A stretch of DNA of 55,988 bases, counting the filler, from Dirinaria sp. TL-2023a (Eukaryota), in the NCBI GenBank assembly GCA_051941275.1. It is 3 parts of 3 records of this genome, joined end to end, with 100 filler letters (N's around TTAATTAATTAA, not from the genome) between each part and the next. Parts side by side here need not be neighbours in the genome. Positions count along the whole stretch, not along the records: positions 1 to 18,607 come from JAVEBF010000374.1; positions 18,708 to 37,304 come from JAVEBF010000375.1; 1 more part is not named here. The stretch is one strand, 5' to 3'. The position numbers and the translations under genes were made by a program. This document shows positions 12,512 through 26,328 of the stretch, in pieces. Under the pieces are notes generated by a model, which was not told the DNA's origin, made no database searches, and saw only the letters and a program-made list of their open reading frames with translations. The stretch's first letter is position 1; each line of letters begins with the position of its first letter.

Positions 12512-13235
12512 CTTGCACATACTCACCTTGACCTGGCTTTTCATGTTATGAATTTGTTCCCTTTGGTTCAATTATCTTCTAGATGCCTGTGCTGAAGGTC
12601 CATGGAGGTCCTGTCCTGTTCGAGTCTCCTGTTGTGGTCGGTATATGTTCGGGATCAAGACTAATCACGTGTTTGGACTACTAAAATGTCAGAGTTGAGT
12701 AGTATGTAACACCATTATTCTCCTATGTCATTCTCTGTGCAAACAGGTTCCAGCTTAGTTCAATCAATTTCGAGGGGAGCCATGATAGGAGGGTTCAGCA
12801 TAGTCTCAGGTGGTTTTCATACCAGATCACTATGATGCAACTATGTTTTTCATTTTTCCCTTGTCAATAGGATAATAGGTCTTACTGCTTGGTTCGACTC
12901 TCAGATAAAAGAGACAGCAGGCTAAGAGATAGATCATACTGTCACAGTTTGTATTTCTTGGAAGAAGCTACTTGCTTCTTGCCCTTTGATTCTTGTAACT
13001 CTATTCTCATAAGAGATTCTAATCTCCCCTTGGCGCTTGTTCAGGCAATGGGGCATAATGAATAATTGTACACAAAGAGACATTTGAGAGACCTACTAGA
13101 TGCTCGCAGACGCATCGTTTGTTGGATCTTTCCCAGCTCTTCTTGAACCATTAATAATACCACATTCGGTTGCCTTGGGTATAGGGCATAGGGACTATCC
13201 ACAAGCTTCTCAGGCCTAATTTCCTTCTCTGGTAT

Positions 13236-14705
13236 CTAAAGCCGATCCATGATTGCCTCCGTGTACTCGTGGGTCTTGGCTTTACCTCCCAAATCCCCAG
13301 TCAAAGTCTGCCAGTTGTCAGCTTCTATCTTAGTAGTCTTGGTTGATACTGACTGTTCCTTCTGCTAGTGTATCGAAGATTGCTTTCTGGATTTTGTCGG
13401 CATGATCATTAAGTCCCATATGCTGAAGCATCATAATACTACTCAGAAGCAGAGCTGTTGGATTAGCAAGACCTTTACCGGCGATGTCCGGAGCCGATCC
13501 GTGCACGGCTTCGAAAATAGAGCATTCATCGCCAATGTTGCCCGAGGGTGTAAGGCCAAGGCCTCCGATCAGACCAGCGCACATATCCGATAATATGTCC
13601 CCGTATAGGTTCGGCATGACAAGGACTTTGTCGCTGTACGGCAATGGATCGGTGACAATCTTCAAGCATGTATTATCGAGGAGTTCGGCGTCGAATTGGA
13701 CGTTGGGAAAGTCCTTGCTGACCTGTCGTGCAGTGTTGAGAAAGAGACCGTCGCTCATTTTCATGATGGTAGCTTTGTGCACCGCTCGAACTTTGCGCTT
13801 GCCAACGTCTTCCGCATATTGGAAGGCGAACCTTAGCACTCGTTCCGAGGCCTCTTTAGTGATTAGCTTTATAGATTGGACGACTCCGTCAATGACGATA
13901 TGTTCGATACCACTGTATTCTCCTTCGGTGTTCTCTCGGATGAGGACGGTGTCAACGTTGTCGTATGGGGTTTTATAACCGGCAATGGATTTGCAAGGAC
14001 GGACATTGGCAAAAAGATTGAATGTTCTGCGTAGGGTAAGGTTGAGAGAGACGTGGCCTTTGCCAATTGGTGTCTACCGAAGAGTCAGCATCTGCTGCAT
14101 ACCGAAGGGTTCGAAAACTCACGGCCAGAGGACCTTTGAGAGCGACATAGTTCGTCTTCACACTTTCTATTGCCTTATCTGGGATGACCGTCTTCCCGTC
14201 TTTCAATTGGGGCGTGACATCGACCGAGTCCCATTGTATCGGCGTCTGTCTCGAAGTTAATTTCCAGTCTCTTGTTGGATAACCTTCCTCAAACCTTGGC
14301 TGCGGCGAAGATGTCTTTGACAGACTGAGATATCTCTGGTCCAATACCATCTCCTTCTATGAGCGTTACTGTGTATTTTCCCTATGTTTGCGCCACAGTT
14401 AGCGAGCAAGCCAATGACTTCTATCCACGATTGGACTATCCGCTTTTTCAATTGACGCTTTGATTGTATCATACATTGGAACCTTTTGTCCCCTTAAATT
14501 GGGCAACCTTATCTTCCTGTGGTATGGCGTAGCATCGAGTTTGAGTCTAGATCGTGCAATTGAAGGGTCTTAGTCATGTCTTTTTACAAATCATTGATGG
14601 AGATTTGGAAAGTACCTGTGCATATGCAGAGACCAGGCCTGGAGGTCTATGCGCTCGTCTCAGGTATTGCCTCACTGGCGCAACCACAGAACGACACGCT
14701 AACAT
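13236..14705 (-). CDS. IDH2: NAD-dependent isocitrate dehydrogenase, mitochondrial catalytic subunit 2 (multi-exon)
   Basis: Arg-rich presequence, then [67 protein letters not shown] and [17 protein letters not shown] at 13236. Confidence 0.95.
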
Positions 14706-15110
14706 TGTGTGTTATACTTCTTCATGTGCTTACACATGGAATAATAGACAGCAGAAGGCGAAGGTAGTATCTGCAAAGGCTGGAGCTGTGGGAGCGGGCA
14801 ATCAAAGAAGCAATTCCTCGGTACGGAGTTACGCGCAGGCCCAAGCTCTGGAAATTGGCCCTGCATATCAAAAGCTTGGCACCAACCTCGGTATCTACAA
14901 AGCAAATAGTAGAAGGTAAGGTAACTCCGTACGAGAGACCCTTTATAGAGTGGTAGCTTCACTTTACATCTTTCTATTGGGCTACCAACGACCTTTTAGA
15001 CCTTCTTAGCTCAAGAATGCGCTGCTAATCCGGACTTACGGAGATGGATATTTATGAGACTTCAGTAACGAAGTTACATCGATTAGCCTTCACAGCATCT
15101 AAGGTTGAAC

Positions 15111-18100
15111 ATGGAGAACGAAGCTACAATCCTGAACCATTACAATCTCACCACCCTCTACCCCACATCATGGCCGACAGAAAAAGATGAGAGCGACATC
15201 TCGGATTCTGAGCTCTCACCCACCCCGAAAGAAGCTGCATCAAGACGCTCAAAATCAAGATATTCGGCTCTCGAGCGTGTGGGTAGCGATAGAAAGAGCC
15301 TTGTTCCCGGGTCGGAAAGAATGAGGAATGGAGTAGAAAACCTAGTTCAAAAAGATGAGCCAGATCCTCTAGGGGGCGCAGATAGCGTTGTAAGAGTCTT
15401 ACGCGAAAGAGGCATGAACGTCGAGGACGACTCCCGATTACGTATGGGCCTTGCTATGGAGGGCGCAAGTCAATGCTGACACGCCCAGGAAATCGTTTCC
15501 TCCTTTCTTCGACAACTTTCTCTCCCCAGCTCTACCTTTCCCAAGTCCATTCCAGCGCTTCTACACAGACCCTCCTCCAAGGCCTTGAAGTCCTCTCTCG
15601 CTCCATTGATCAGAAATCGGCTTCGTTGAAAGTTCTTGTCGAATCCAACTTTGAGCGCTTCGTCCGCGCTAAGACTACCATAGATAATGTCTATGCCGAG
15701 ATGCGAAATCAAGGTATCCAGTCGGAGTCTGAACGGCCGCCAGCTCATTCTCGAGTCACTAGTAAGGGCAGTAATCATTTCAGAAGTCTGAGTGGGACAG
15801 GGCCATTGAGTCCGGATAGGGGCAGGGATAAGCCATTGCCTAGCGATAAGAAAAAGCACGCGCTTACGAAAGAGAGTGAATACGGTGTCCAGGGTATCAA
15901 AGCGCCTTTAATTGAGGTCGCCGTGAAAGCAGAAGAGATTTGGGGACCTGCACTTGGTGGGCGGGAGCGAGAGGGTGCTTTGAAGCAGGCCCAGGACTCC
16001 GTGCAAACAAATCGCGAGGTGTTCGAGGTCAGCACATCGATCGCCGACTGTATCAAGCGTAAAGATTATGAGAAGCTAGTGGAGGCATATTTTCGAGCAA
16101 GGAGATATGTAGACGATGCCCGAAATACGGCCGAAAGCTCTTTAAGCAGCGGAGTGCCACTTACTGATGCTCAAATATATCAAATTGTTATTACTGGACG
16201 GATGTGGGCCGATGTCGAAGATCGCTTGAATACATTCAAACGCGAAGTTTGGCGGAAGTTGACAAATGGACAAAGCTATTCCGTTTCCGCAGCTGGCACC
16301 AATCCATATGATGAGCACATGGCCTTAATAAGTATTTTGCTCGAACTTGGCGTGGAAGATAATCCCATATGGGTCTGGCTCCTCAGCCGATACGATCACC
16401 TCAAGAATAAGATCAGCGCCACCTTTGAACGATCAAGAGTCGAGATAGAAGTCCTTCGGCGACGACTGGCTAACGACAAAGAGCCATCCGTAACCCAATC
16501 AGCCAGCCACTTGAAGAATCCAAGTCATCAAGGTCCAGATGAGAACGTTCTGAACATAGATACTCCCCAGGTTCTCGAACTCTGGGAGCTGATCCAAATC
16601 TCCATAACCAACCTTCTCTCCACCAAAGGCGGTGTTCTAGGTGAAGTCGCTGACTTCTGGGACAAAGCTCAATCTTTCATTGATGGGAAAGTCCAACGTA
16701 CACTGCCAAACGGTATAGACGGAGGTAGTCGAAAGCACCACCGGCTATCGACAGATGGTGTTCGCGATCTCCAAAATGGAGCAATGGAGTTGATTGATAT
16801 GTTACGGGAGAATGTTCACGCTTTCTTCGCGGAGCCTCCGATAGAAGACATATCAATGCTTTTTTCGCCATCGACGCCGCTTACTCCAAAAACACCTCAA
16901 TCTGCAGTGCTTTCGCCTTACTCGGCAGACACACGTTTCAAATTTGATGCCAACAACCCACCTCCGCCATCGCCAAAGACCGGAGAGCCGTGGGAAGAAT
17001 TCGCGTTTTGGCCACCACATGCCAACTCCCTCAGCGGTGTACATTACCTGGGGAAGATTCTCAGCCTGGTCGGTGCTGCGGCAAGCGAAATGAATGCTGT
17101 GAATCCTAGTCCTGGATCAGAAAAGCTGAAAGCCTTTGTTGCGAGCGCGAGAGAGCGTTCTGCACGCGCTGTGTGCGCTGCCTGGAACCAAGATGCTGGA
17201 ATGTGCAAATACATGGAAGACTGGACTCGAGCGGGCGACAAGCGTGATGTGACCAAACTTCCGTGTACATTCTCGGCATACGAGATGGCGGTATTATCAG
17301 GCCTGCAGAAGATCCTGTATGTTCTCGACGCCGCAACTTCGAGATCAGGTGCTAGCGGGATTGTAAGCCCGCCGCCTTCGAAGCTGCTCCAGACCGTGAG
17401 GAGCCAGTTTGTTGGAAGTTTGTACAAGGTGATGACGGGCATGGTTGACAATGCCGAAAAGGGCGACGAAACGCTCAAAACTGATAGCAACAGCCTCATT
17501 ACAGACAGCGACTCAACTACCACGCCCAGCCGTGTGAGTCCTCCCTCCTCCCTCCTCCTTTCCCTTTCTCTAACAGAAGAATACTCATTGACGTTCCCAG
17601 TCCAATCGCCTCCTCCTAACCCTGTCCTCTTTACGCCACCTCTCCACAAGCACCATCCCTGCTCTAAGAACGCACTTCGAGACCCTCTTCTCCATCACCC
17701 TCACAGACGAAAACCCCCAATTAACCTCGACTGTTACCAAACTCTCGGACCGTCTCTTCGCAGCCTACACCGCCCCACTCAGCGCCTCCCTGCACTCGCT
17801 GATCTTGAGTGGGATCGCAGCTCCGGACTGGATGCCCAGCACCTCGCACCCCACCTCCGTACGACCATACGTCTACGAAGCTTTACTCCGCATGGTGGAA
17901 ATCCACACTCAGCTGTCAACCACCACGCCCGCGCTTCTTTCCGCCGTACGTCCCCCCCCCCTCTATCCAATTCCACTCTCTGATCCAACCGCAACTAACA
18001 TCCCCCAGGTCCTAACATACCTCACAACAACGCTCTCGCGCTCATTCCTCACCGCGCTCAAACAGCGCTCCTTGTACCCGCTGCCGGCACTGATGCAGGC

Positions 18101-18329
18101 GACGCTGGACGTCGAGTTCGTCGCGCAGACGCTGAAGGAATACGTCAGCGAAGAGGCGTCGCGCGTGCAGGGCGAGATCTACGAGGAGCTGGATCGCCGC
18201 ACGGACGACGCTGCGCGGGGCCGGCTGCAGAAGGAATTACCGGAGATGCGGGCCAGTTTGAAGCGGTTGCGGGAGGGCATGAAAGGTGCTTTGGGGGTTT
18301 TGAGACGCGGTGGCAGCAGAGGGAGGTAG
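15111..18329 (+). CDS. SEC5: Exocyst complex component Sec5 (4 exons)
   Basis: FLLSSTTFSPQLYLSQVH...LKVLVESNFERFVRAKTTID, VRPYVYEALL and LMQATLDVEFVAQTL. Introns at about 15442-15488, 17534-17600 and 17946-18008. Confidence 0.92.
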
Positions 18330-18607
18330 GTAGGCAGGTGATGAAGCGTGGTGAAAAAACTCAAGGTAGGTTCCACCACCCCTGGCTGGCTGTGCAGGAT
18401 TTTTTCACACATTATGCACATATTCGTATGTACATCATCACATATGTATGTATGTACTGTATACATATATGTACGCAAGGAAAATTATTATAACTTTAAA
18501 CAAAATCCCGGCTTCTCCTCACTTTTCTTACAACCTACAGCAACCGACGAAAACTTCCGCACAGTCTCCCCCTCGAGTTCTAGTTCTGCATAGATTTCCC
18601 CTGTCTC

Positions 18608-18707
18608 NNNNNNNNNNNNNNNNNNNNNNNNNNNNNNNNNNNNNNNNNNNNTTAATTAATTAANNNNNNNNNNNNNNNNNNNNNNNNNNNNNNNNNNNNN
18701 NNNNNNN
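18608..18707. other. Artificial contig-joining spacer
   Basis: 44 N + TTAATTAATTAA (stops in all six frames) + 44 N. Confidence 0.97.
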
Positions 18708-18745
<38 letters not shown>

Positions 18746-18840
18746 CATCATCATCAGCATGGCAGCACGCGCTAATCTCAGATACGTTTCGATATGTGTT
18801 AAAAGAAAGAGATTGCGCCCGTTGTTCCGTTTCCACACCC

Positions 18841-20995
18841 CTAGCCACTCTTGACCACCCCTTCCTCTCCGCTCCCGCTCTCGCTTGCGATTGCTCTGTG
18901 GCCTTCTACTCCCTTGACGTCCAGCCCCTCCTCTCTGATAGCCACCTCCTGTTCCTCGGTCAATTCGCCTACCTCGATCGTGATCTTGGGGCCTGTGAAC
19001 CATTTCCTCGCATCGATGTAGTAGTAGGCCAGAGCGCCGAACCAGACGGCGCTGTTGATCACCACGGTGTAGTTCATCGACTGCGCTAGATTTGTATATG
19101 ATCAGATCAATTTAAGTATCAGTTGGAGATAAAGTGCCAGACTTACGCGTGGGATCCGGCCCGCCAACCGGGAACATGGAGAGTAGGATGCCGAATACCA
19201 GGAAGACAATTGCCGCCCACGCGATCGGCGTGCTGAACTTGTCGCCCGTATAGAAAGGTCCCGGCTTGAATTTCCTTTGCCCCCAGACGATTCTCGCGAA
19301 AATGGGAACTCCCCAAGCGACGTTGTTCCCCGCAACGGCCAAACTGAACAGTGCCTGCGCAGCAGCGGGCGCTATCAATGACAGCAAGCCCAGAACTGCG
19401 GCAAGGAAAGCGCAGCCCCAGATGGTGCGTAGAGGAATGTATCCGAATGTTTGGGAGATGGGGCGGAAGAAGCGGGAGAAAGGCAGTGCGCCGTCGCGGG
19501 AAAATGCCCATGCTTGACGTGAAGCTGCGACAATGATTGAAAGTCCCATGAGAAACTGGACTATGAAGAGCAGTGACATTAATCCTAGCGTGCCGTGTTT
19601 ACCGATCGCGTCGTAGTATATCTAAAGCTGGTGAACAAAAAGCCTCCCGTTGGGTTGGGTGTCCTACTTGTGCCATAGGTTGGCCGAAGCTTGAGCCCAG
19701 TACTGACTCCAAGTCCGGATTGATGCACGCGGCGAGTACGATAACTATGATGAAACCAAAGAACCAGCATGATCCGATAGACATCAGAATCCCGAAAGGA
19801 ACTGCTTTGGTTGCATTGGTGGCTTCTTCGCTCATATGCACCTTAAGGTTGAGCAGATCAGTTTGCCTTTTCCAAACCAAACCAAGATACTAAGTGAAAG
19901 AATTCAAGAGCATGGGTTCCGAAACAATTTTTGCGGCTTTTTGCGACAGCTAAAGAAAAAGTAATTATTGCAGAGAGAAATTCACTTACACAGCTATCGA
20001 AGGCTCCAATGGTCCAAATTGGCGAGAGCCAGCTGAGCATGAAAGCCCATCCTGTTGGCCACGTGGTAAGGTTCCCTGTTTCCGCAAAGATGAAGTGACC
20101 GTCATTGCGCCGAGACCTGGCGCCTATTGGAAGGGCAATGATGGTTGCTGCGATGAGGATGAAGTTCATGACCACGAAGACAGTTTGTAATTTTCCCATC
20201 ACTTTCGACATGACTGAAGCCAGGATGGCGTGGCAAAAGACGCAGGCGAGAAAGACGCCGTAGATAACCCCGTTAGATGGTGTCCAGTTTCCATCGCGGG
20301 CTACCACAATCACGGAGAGGAACATCAAAGAAAATCCATCTAAGAGAAGCAATGGATTAAGAACCATCGAGAACCAGAAATACTGGAGGATACCCACAGT
20401 CTATGGAACAAAGGCCACCCACAAGACCCAAGGTGTTGCTATATCCGACCAGAAAACACAATGGATTTCTTGTCGAAGGTGAGGCAAAGAAATGTGTCCA
20501 CCAATACAGGCCACCCGAAGTAGGCATGGCAGAGCCGAGATCGGCCTATCTCGTTTTTAGCGCCATTATGTTGGTCCACGAAACTTGTGAGGACTACCAT
20601 AGCCAAGCCAACAACGAATATACATCCTGAAGCGAGGAACCATCCCTGTACAACGTTCAGTGACCTCGGGTTGTTGGCTTAGGCGGTCTCGCAATTAAGT
20701 ACGAACCCAGACCATCCCCACAGGTCCGGCAGGTATGGAGTACGCCAAGGTTGAGGCGATGGATGGAAGTAGGCCCATGATTGAGAACGCGATTCCGAAT
20801 ACCTCTATCATGGTGAAATTACGTCTCAATTCTTGTTTGTATCCTAGCTTGGCTGATACTTGAGATTAGCAAGCGTTCGTCGGGGGCTATTCTCAGTGCT
20901 TTCTCCCTACCGAGTGTCGCAGCATCGTCGTCACTTGCAAGACCGGGTACAGAGACTGACGCTTGCCGGGACGCCTCGGAATATGAGGGAGTCAT
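18841..20995 (-). CDS. UGA4: GABA/amino-acid permease, APC superfamily ACT family (multi-exon)
   Basis: Spliced translation LGYKQELRRNFTMIEVFGIAFSIMGLLPSI, PTSGGLYWWTH, HMSEEATNA, SRQAWAFSRDGALPFS and MNYTVVINSAVW...WFTGPK. The symbol is a family-level assignment. Confidence 0.85.
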
Positions 20996-21183
20996 TTTGC
21001 CCGCACAGCACTGGCAGAGAATGTATTGTACGGGAGAATTTCAGACAAGATAACGCAGTGAAGGAAGGGAAAAAGGAGAGAGAAGGTCGAAAGGCGCAAA
21101 TGGATGCGAGAAAGAAGTTAACTACAGCCTCTACCTACGACGATTGATAGAAGCCCACACACCGCATGGCCGTGCATAAGCCG

Positions 21184-21235
21184 GTTATCATCCCGTCGTG
21201 CAGACGATCGCAGATGACAGATAACGGCCGATAAG
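21184..21235. promoter_or_regulatory. Cluster of GATA motifs upstream of the permease (possible AreA/nitrogen control)
   Basis: GTTATC, GATAAC and GATAAG lie within 52 bp, about 200 bp upstream of the permease ATG. Function is inferred from the permease family. Confidence 0.3.
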
Positions 21236-22186
21236 CCGCATCACGGTCTCGGTGGTTTCGATCGCATCATCCTCACACACGCGGATTGAAGCGGGCACAT
21301 GTCTGCGGTATGAGGATTCGATCACAGTATTGTTACAAAAATTGTTGTGGGAATTGCGAAATGGGAAATGGGAAATGTTCAATTGCTCGAATGGAAGAAT
21401 TCGAATCGAGTCCGGCTCGGCGCGATTCCCATTTTCGGTGTGTGTACATGATTACCTAAGGTACCTTAGGTAGGTTCCCTTTCATCGCAAAGCTTGGCGT
21501 GCATTTATATGTGAGCAAATCAGCCCCACCTTGGAGCTCTTCTTTTTATGACCTGGTATACATAGGTATGTTAGTCGGATTTGGATCGTGTACTGTACAT
21601 GCAACTGCTCAACAATTGATGAATATTGAATACGCTGGGCTTGCAAAGTTCGGTCGATGTGTCAGAGTTTTAGTAGTGATAGATATGTCGTGACCGATCA
21701 TATCAAGGCTAGATTGACACTAGAATGTTTAGGGCATTTAGCGCTCGTTCTCAGGAATTGGCTGGGCTGCAAAAAATCGTCACATCATCTTTGTGACCGA
21801 GAAGACAAGAAACACCACTATGACTGTGAACCCAGACAAATGATAGAAACAGAAGAATCACACTGGATTTCCAGTTGTCTTCAACGATTAGCAACATTTG
21901 CGATGGGCGGTTGTATCGGTTTCCCCACAAACGCATGCCAAGATTACGGTTCGCAAAGACGGGACGAGGGGACGGGTATCACGCACACACGCACCCATTT
22001 CAGACTAGCGCAGATCTTCGCGGTCGTGACTTGGACACACGAAAGCTGCACTTGTCAATTCCCGTAATCCTACGATACCTTACTTCGAACATACCGGATA
22101 TGAGCGGCTTATCGTGCTAAGCGTTGAGAGATTTCAATGCCTGCAAAGTCACGGGTGCCTACTGACCGACAAATAACAAAGCCGTG

Positions 22187-22786
22187 ATGCAGCGGCGTAT
22201 GGTAAGCATCCGCAACAAGCCGCGGGCCCGGTCAATTGCGACAGACAGGCTGCTAACGAGCATTGATTTTATAGCTTTCGAAAGAAGAAGAAGCCGCAGT
22301 AGGCCAAGATGGGATAGAAGTGCGTCGAGAGGATCAAGACAAGATCAACACCTTCAGCCGGCTGCATCAGCGAGAGAAGGTGCTTGAAGAGGATCTGAAG
22401 CTCAAAGCCGTGTGCATCTGCCCCATCCGACGCCATCGACTACAGACATCTGACCTCGGCTAGAAAGACAAGGAAGACCTGGAAGAGATTTCCAACGAGC
22501 TGGAGCTCGTTGACGACGATGAGAAGGTTCCGTACGTTTAGCACACAGGACGTGGCATTCGTCGCCATTTGAGGGGCTGACAAAGATGTTTAGATATAAA
22601 ATTGGGGACGCCTTCGTCTCTTTACCGTCATTCCAAGTCCAGGAGCTGCTCTCTGCGTCGACGGGCAAGATTGAAGAGTCCGTTTCGGCAGTGGAGGAGA
22701 AATTGAGCAGCATACGTGGAGAGATGGAGCAATTGAAAGTAGAATTGTACGCCAAATTCGGGAAGAGCATCAATTTAGAGTCTTGA
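22187..22786 (+). CDS. GIM3: Prefoldin subunit 4 (4 exons)
   Basis: Spliced translation MQRRM-LSKEEE...EVRREDQDKINTFSRLHQR...LEEISNELELVDDDEKVPYKIGDAF...LKVELYAKFGKSINLES. Confidence 0.93.
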
Positions 22787-23434
22787 GCAGATCACCTCTC
22801 TAAGGAATTCAGTCATGATGTTCGTCTACCGTAGATATGTCCAGAGCACGTCGTAGGGTACCTTACTCGCCTCGGTACCTTGACTACTTGACTCCCTGAT
22901 CGACATTATTTCCGGCCCTCGATTTCGTATCGATAAGCCTGCGTTAGTGCGGAGATCCTCGGCAGATGATAGACATTAAAGTACCCTAAGCTCCATGTAG
23001 ACAGTCCCGTGGTGCACGTCACTTCCTATTTCGCGTATTTGACGGCGACTGACAGACGGCGTGATGACATTGATGCTCCACATTATTGATTGCAGCTATC
23101 ACACAGAGCATGAGGAGAGCAAATGGTTGGGTGTAACAGGCATCGATGGTAAAGAGCGAGTACGCCCATAAAGGTACGAGTTACCGACCGCGAACAAGCA
23201 GGCAGGATCAATATTGGGAACCCTGGTCCAAACAAAAGATTAGCGTCCCACTATGGGCAAAAAGACCCCGATTGTGCAAGACCCACCAGGTACAGGTAAT
23301 CAACGATCCGTCTTAACCGCGTATCGTCCGCTTGCCCAACGCACCCTACAAAATCTCATCATGGAGCCCTGCTTTCACCCTTTCATCCCTTCCTCTACAC
23401 CTTGGACAGCATTGCAGTCTACCATGTACATCAA

Positions 23435-25505
23435 ATGGCCAAGTTAGAGCGCACCGGGTGTCCGGAAGTCCATAAAGTCTTCCCTCAGGAGAACAATGGC
23501 TCTTCTGCACCTCTGCAATTGCACCGAGACGGTATGAGACAGGGTTATCGTATGTATGGGCCTCCTCGACGTTGAGCACTGTTGACTAGGTTCAGATCTC
23601 GAGTCCGCTCCAGATGTTGAAAGGCAGCCCAAAGCACAAGAGAAGGATCCAGCATTGCCAGACAACTATCCGGACAGGATGGCTATACTACACTTCAGTC
23701 CGAATGATCCTGAGAGCCCGTACAATTGGTCTTCTGTATGATCGATCAGTTGGCCACTTCGCGTAGATCTCTCTGACTTGAGTGCCAGAGAAAAAAGATT
23801 TTGATTGTTCTTATGGGCACTGTGGCAGTCGTGAACAGCACGTTGGGCTCATCATTGCCGAGTGGAACCATAGACTATCAAGGTCCTTATTTCCATGTCG
23901 CCAATCAGGCCCAACTCGTGCTACCCGTGTCTCTCTACTTAGTCGGATACACCCTTGGTCCATTATTTTTTGGTCCATTATCGGAAGCGTTTGGGCGCAG
24001 AATCATCATGGTATCGAGTTTCGCTGTATTTACGCTTTTCACGCTGGCTTGCGCTGTGGCCCCCAACTGGCCTTCTTTCTTAGTCTTTCGTCTGTTTTGC
24101 GGGATTACCGCATCAAGTGCAATTGCTGTCGTTGGTGGCCTTTTTGCTGATGTTTACGGTGACCCGGTCACTCGTGGACGTGCCATGGCGGTCTTCATGG
24201 CAGTGAGTATCCGTGACCCGCTTCTGCAATTGGCGCTTATCCCTGTAGGCTACGACTTGTGGGCCGCAGTTGGGCCCCGCGATCTCAGGCTTTGTGTCTG
24301 TTGTGAGCTGGAGATGGACATACTGGGTGGGTTTGATTGTCGCGGGAGTTTCGCTACTTGCCCTATTTTTCCTACCTGAAACATATGGGCCAACGCTCCT
24401 CAAGCGAAGGGCTCAGAAGTTGCGAACGGAAGGCGTGAACACCAACGTATACGCCCCCATCGAATTAGAGAAAAAGGGTGCCAAGCAGATGATTACCGTC
24501 ACGCTCATGAGGCCCTTGAACATGTTCTTGTTCGAAGCCATTGTCCTCTTTTCGTGTCTCTACCTGTCATTAGCTTACGCTATATTTTGTAGGCTTCGTC
24601 AACGCAGTAGCTCTGCAGAAGTGGCTGACAGTCTGTGCAGATCTTTTCTTCGAGGCATATCCACTAATCTTCCAAGGTCAGTACCTGTATTTGTGGAATC
24701 TGGTGTAAGGTAGTTATTGACATGCACAAGGAATATACAAAATGAATACAGGCGAGACAGGGCTTGCTTTTCTTCCAAGTCAGTATTCGCACCACTCGGA
24801 GGGTTTGAGACGAAACTGACGATCGTATTAAGTTCTCATTGGCGCTTTCATCACACTTCCTATTTTTTTCTACTGGGATGGCGTTCTACAGCGAGCTAAG
24901 AAGAAGGGTGCGCACTGGACCTCCGTCGAAGAGTACCGTCGTCTGCCACTTGCCTGTCTGGGAGGTCCCCTTTACATTATCTCCCTCTTCTGGCTCGGTT
25001 GGAGCGCTTCACCTGATGTTCACTGGATAGTGCCAATGCTGGCAGGAATTCCATTCGGCGTTGGCTTCCTGCTTATCTTCATGGCCCTCCTCAATTACAT
25101 CGCGGATGCCTACGAAATCTTCGCCAACAGCGGTAAGTGCCACGGCTGTACCCTGGCCCACGGAATGATGTGAAGGTGACTGTGTGAACAGCCATGTCAG
25201 CAAGCAGTTGCTGCCGAAGCATTTTCGGTGCTGTGCTCCCGATAGCTGCTCGACCGATGTATGCCAAATTAGGCATACCCTGGGCCAGCAGCCTCCTGGG
25301 CTTCCTGAGCCTGGGTATGACCATCATCCCGTTTGCTTTCATCAAGTACGGTGACCGAATACGCGCAAATAGCAAATTCTGCCAGGAGCTAAAAGCGAAG
25401 AAAGCTCAAATCGAGACAGAGAGGCGGCAAAAAGCTGGCATGGATCATGGATCGAATGGGTCGACTCCTGTTGGCGATGACAATTTTTCCAAGGAGGAAA
25501 TTTGA
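23435..25505 (+). CDS. MFS multidrug transporter, DHA1-like (multi-exon; start uncertain)
   Basis: DPESPYNWS, GPLFFGPLSEAFGRRI, FRLFCG, WRWTYW, PETYGPTLL, EEYRRLP and YGDRIRANSKF motifs, joined by several GT-AG introns. Confidence 0.88.
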
Positions 25506-25945
25506 TGACATGATTGCAGAGCACATTCATATCTCATCCGAGGGTAGTTGGTCCATGGCATGTGTATATCAGGTATCAGAACCGAGTCCTTTTATGGCGT
25601 GTAGAGTCTCACTGTTTGTTTCCTCAACTTGGCACAGCATAAGGTCTCAGCTCTTATAATTTTTACCACTATCAAAAGCTAAGGCAGGTAAAACCTGACA
25701 GGCTAAGACGAGTTAATCGGTGGCCCTCATTAAGGTGTATTAAGTAAGCGATGTACAATTCATGACGCAATCGGGGCTTCGCCACAATGACAAAGTAAGA
25801 GTACGAGGGGTAGTACTATACATTTGTGAAATCGAGCTCGAAACTGGCACAATATTTGGGAAATCACCCAGCATCTGGGCTTAGGTACACTCGCACTCTT
25901 TGCTAAGAGTTTCCTGTACGTCTGTGACCTCTAGCAAGCCTGGTC

Positions 25946-26328
25946 ATGGCTTCTCTCATCATCATGGCTGGTGCGCTAACTTATGAACGGTAATCCCTAG
26001 ATCTCGATTCCTTCTTACTCAATTCATCCTAACCCTCCATTGTAGCGTCAAGCAATCGAAGGCGAAGCACCGTGCTCGTAAAAATGCGGCACGGTACACA
26101 GAACTTGAGAAAGAACATAACGAAGCCATAGCGCAACGCGACGACAAAAATCGTGCATCACAAGATCCTCGTACACAAAGGTTGGAGCACGGTTTAGGTG
26201 ATTGGCAAGACGATAAAGCGCTGAAGCGGATTGTGTCCTCTGAATCTTTGGACAGAGTAAGGAGGACTAGTGAGGAAACAAAGAGGCCGTTGTCCAGAGA
26301 TCTTGATCTGGACGCACAAAGAAGATGA
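25946..26328 (+). CDS. Small 108-aa hypothetical protein (exons 25946-25989, 26046-26328)
   Basis: ATG plus a GTAATC...CCTAAC...TGTAG intron gives an uninterrupted frame MASLIIMAGALTYERVKQSKAKHRARKNAARYTELEKEH...DAQRR*. Confidence 0.7.

Noticed and set aside
12885..12905. tRNA around the B-box-like GGTTCGACTC
   Set aside because: No cloverleaf or upstream A box. At most an isolated TFIIIC-like site.
18448..19003. ORFs with poly-Lys or X runs near the first gap
   Set aside because: Artefacts of the N spacer and the poly(T) run.
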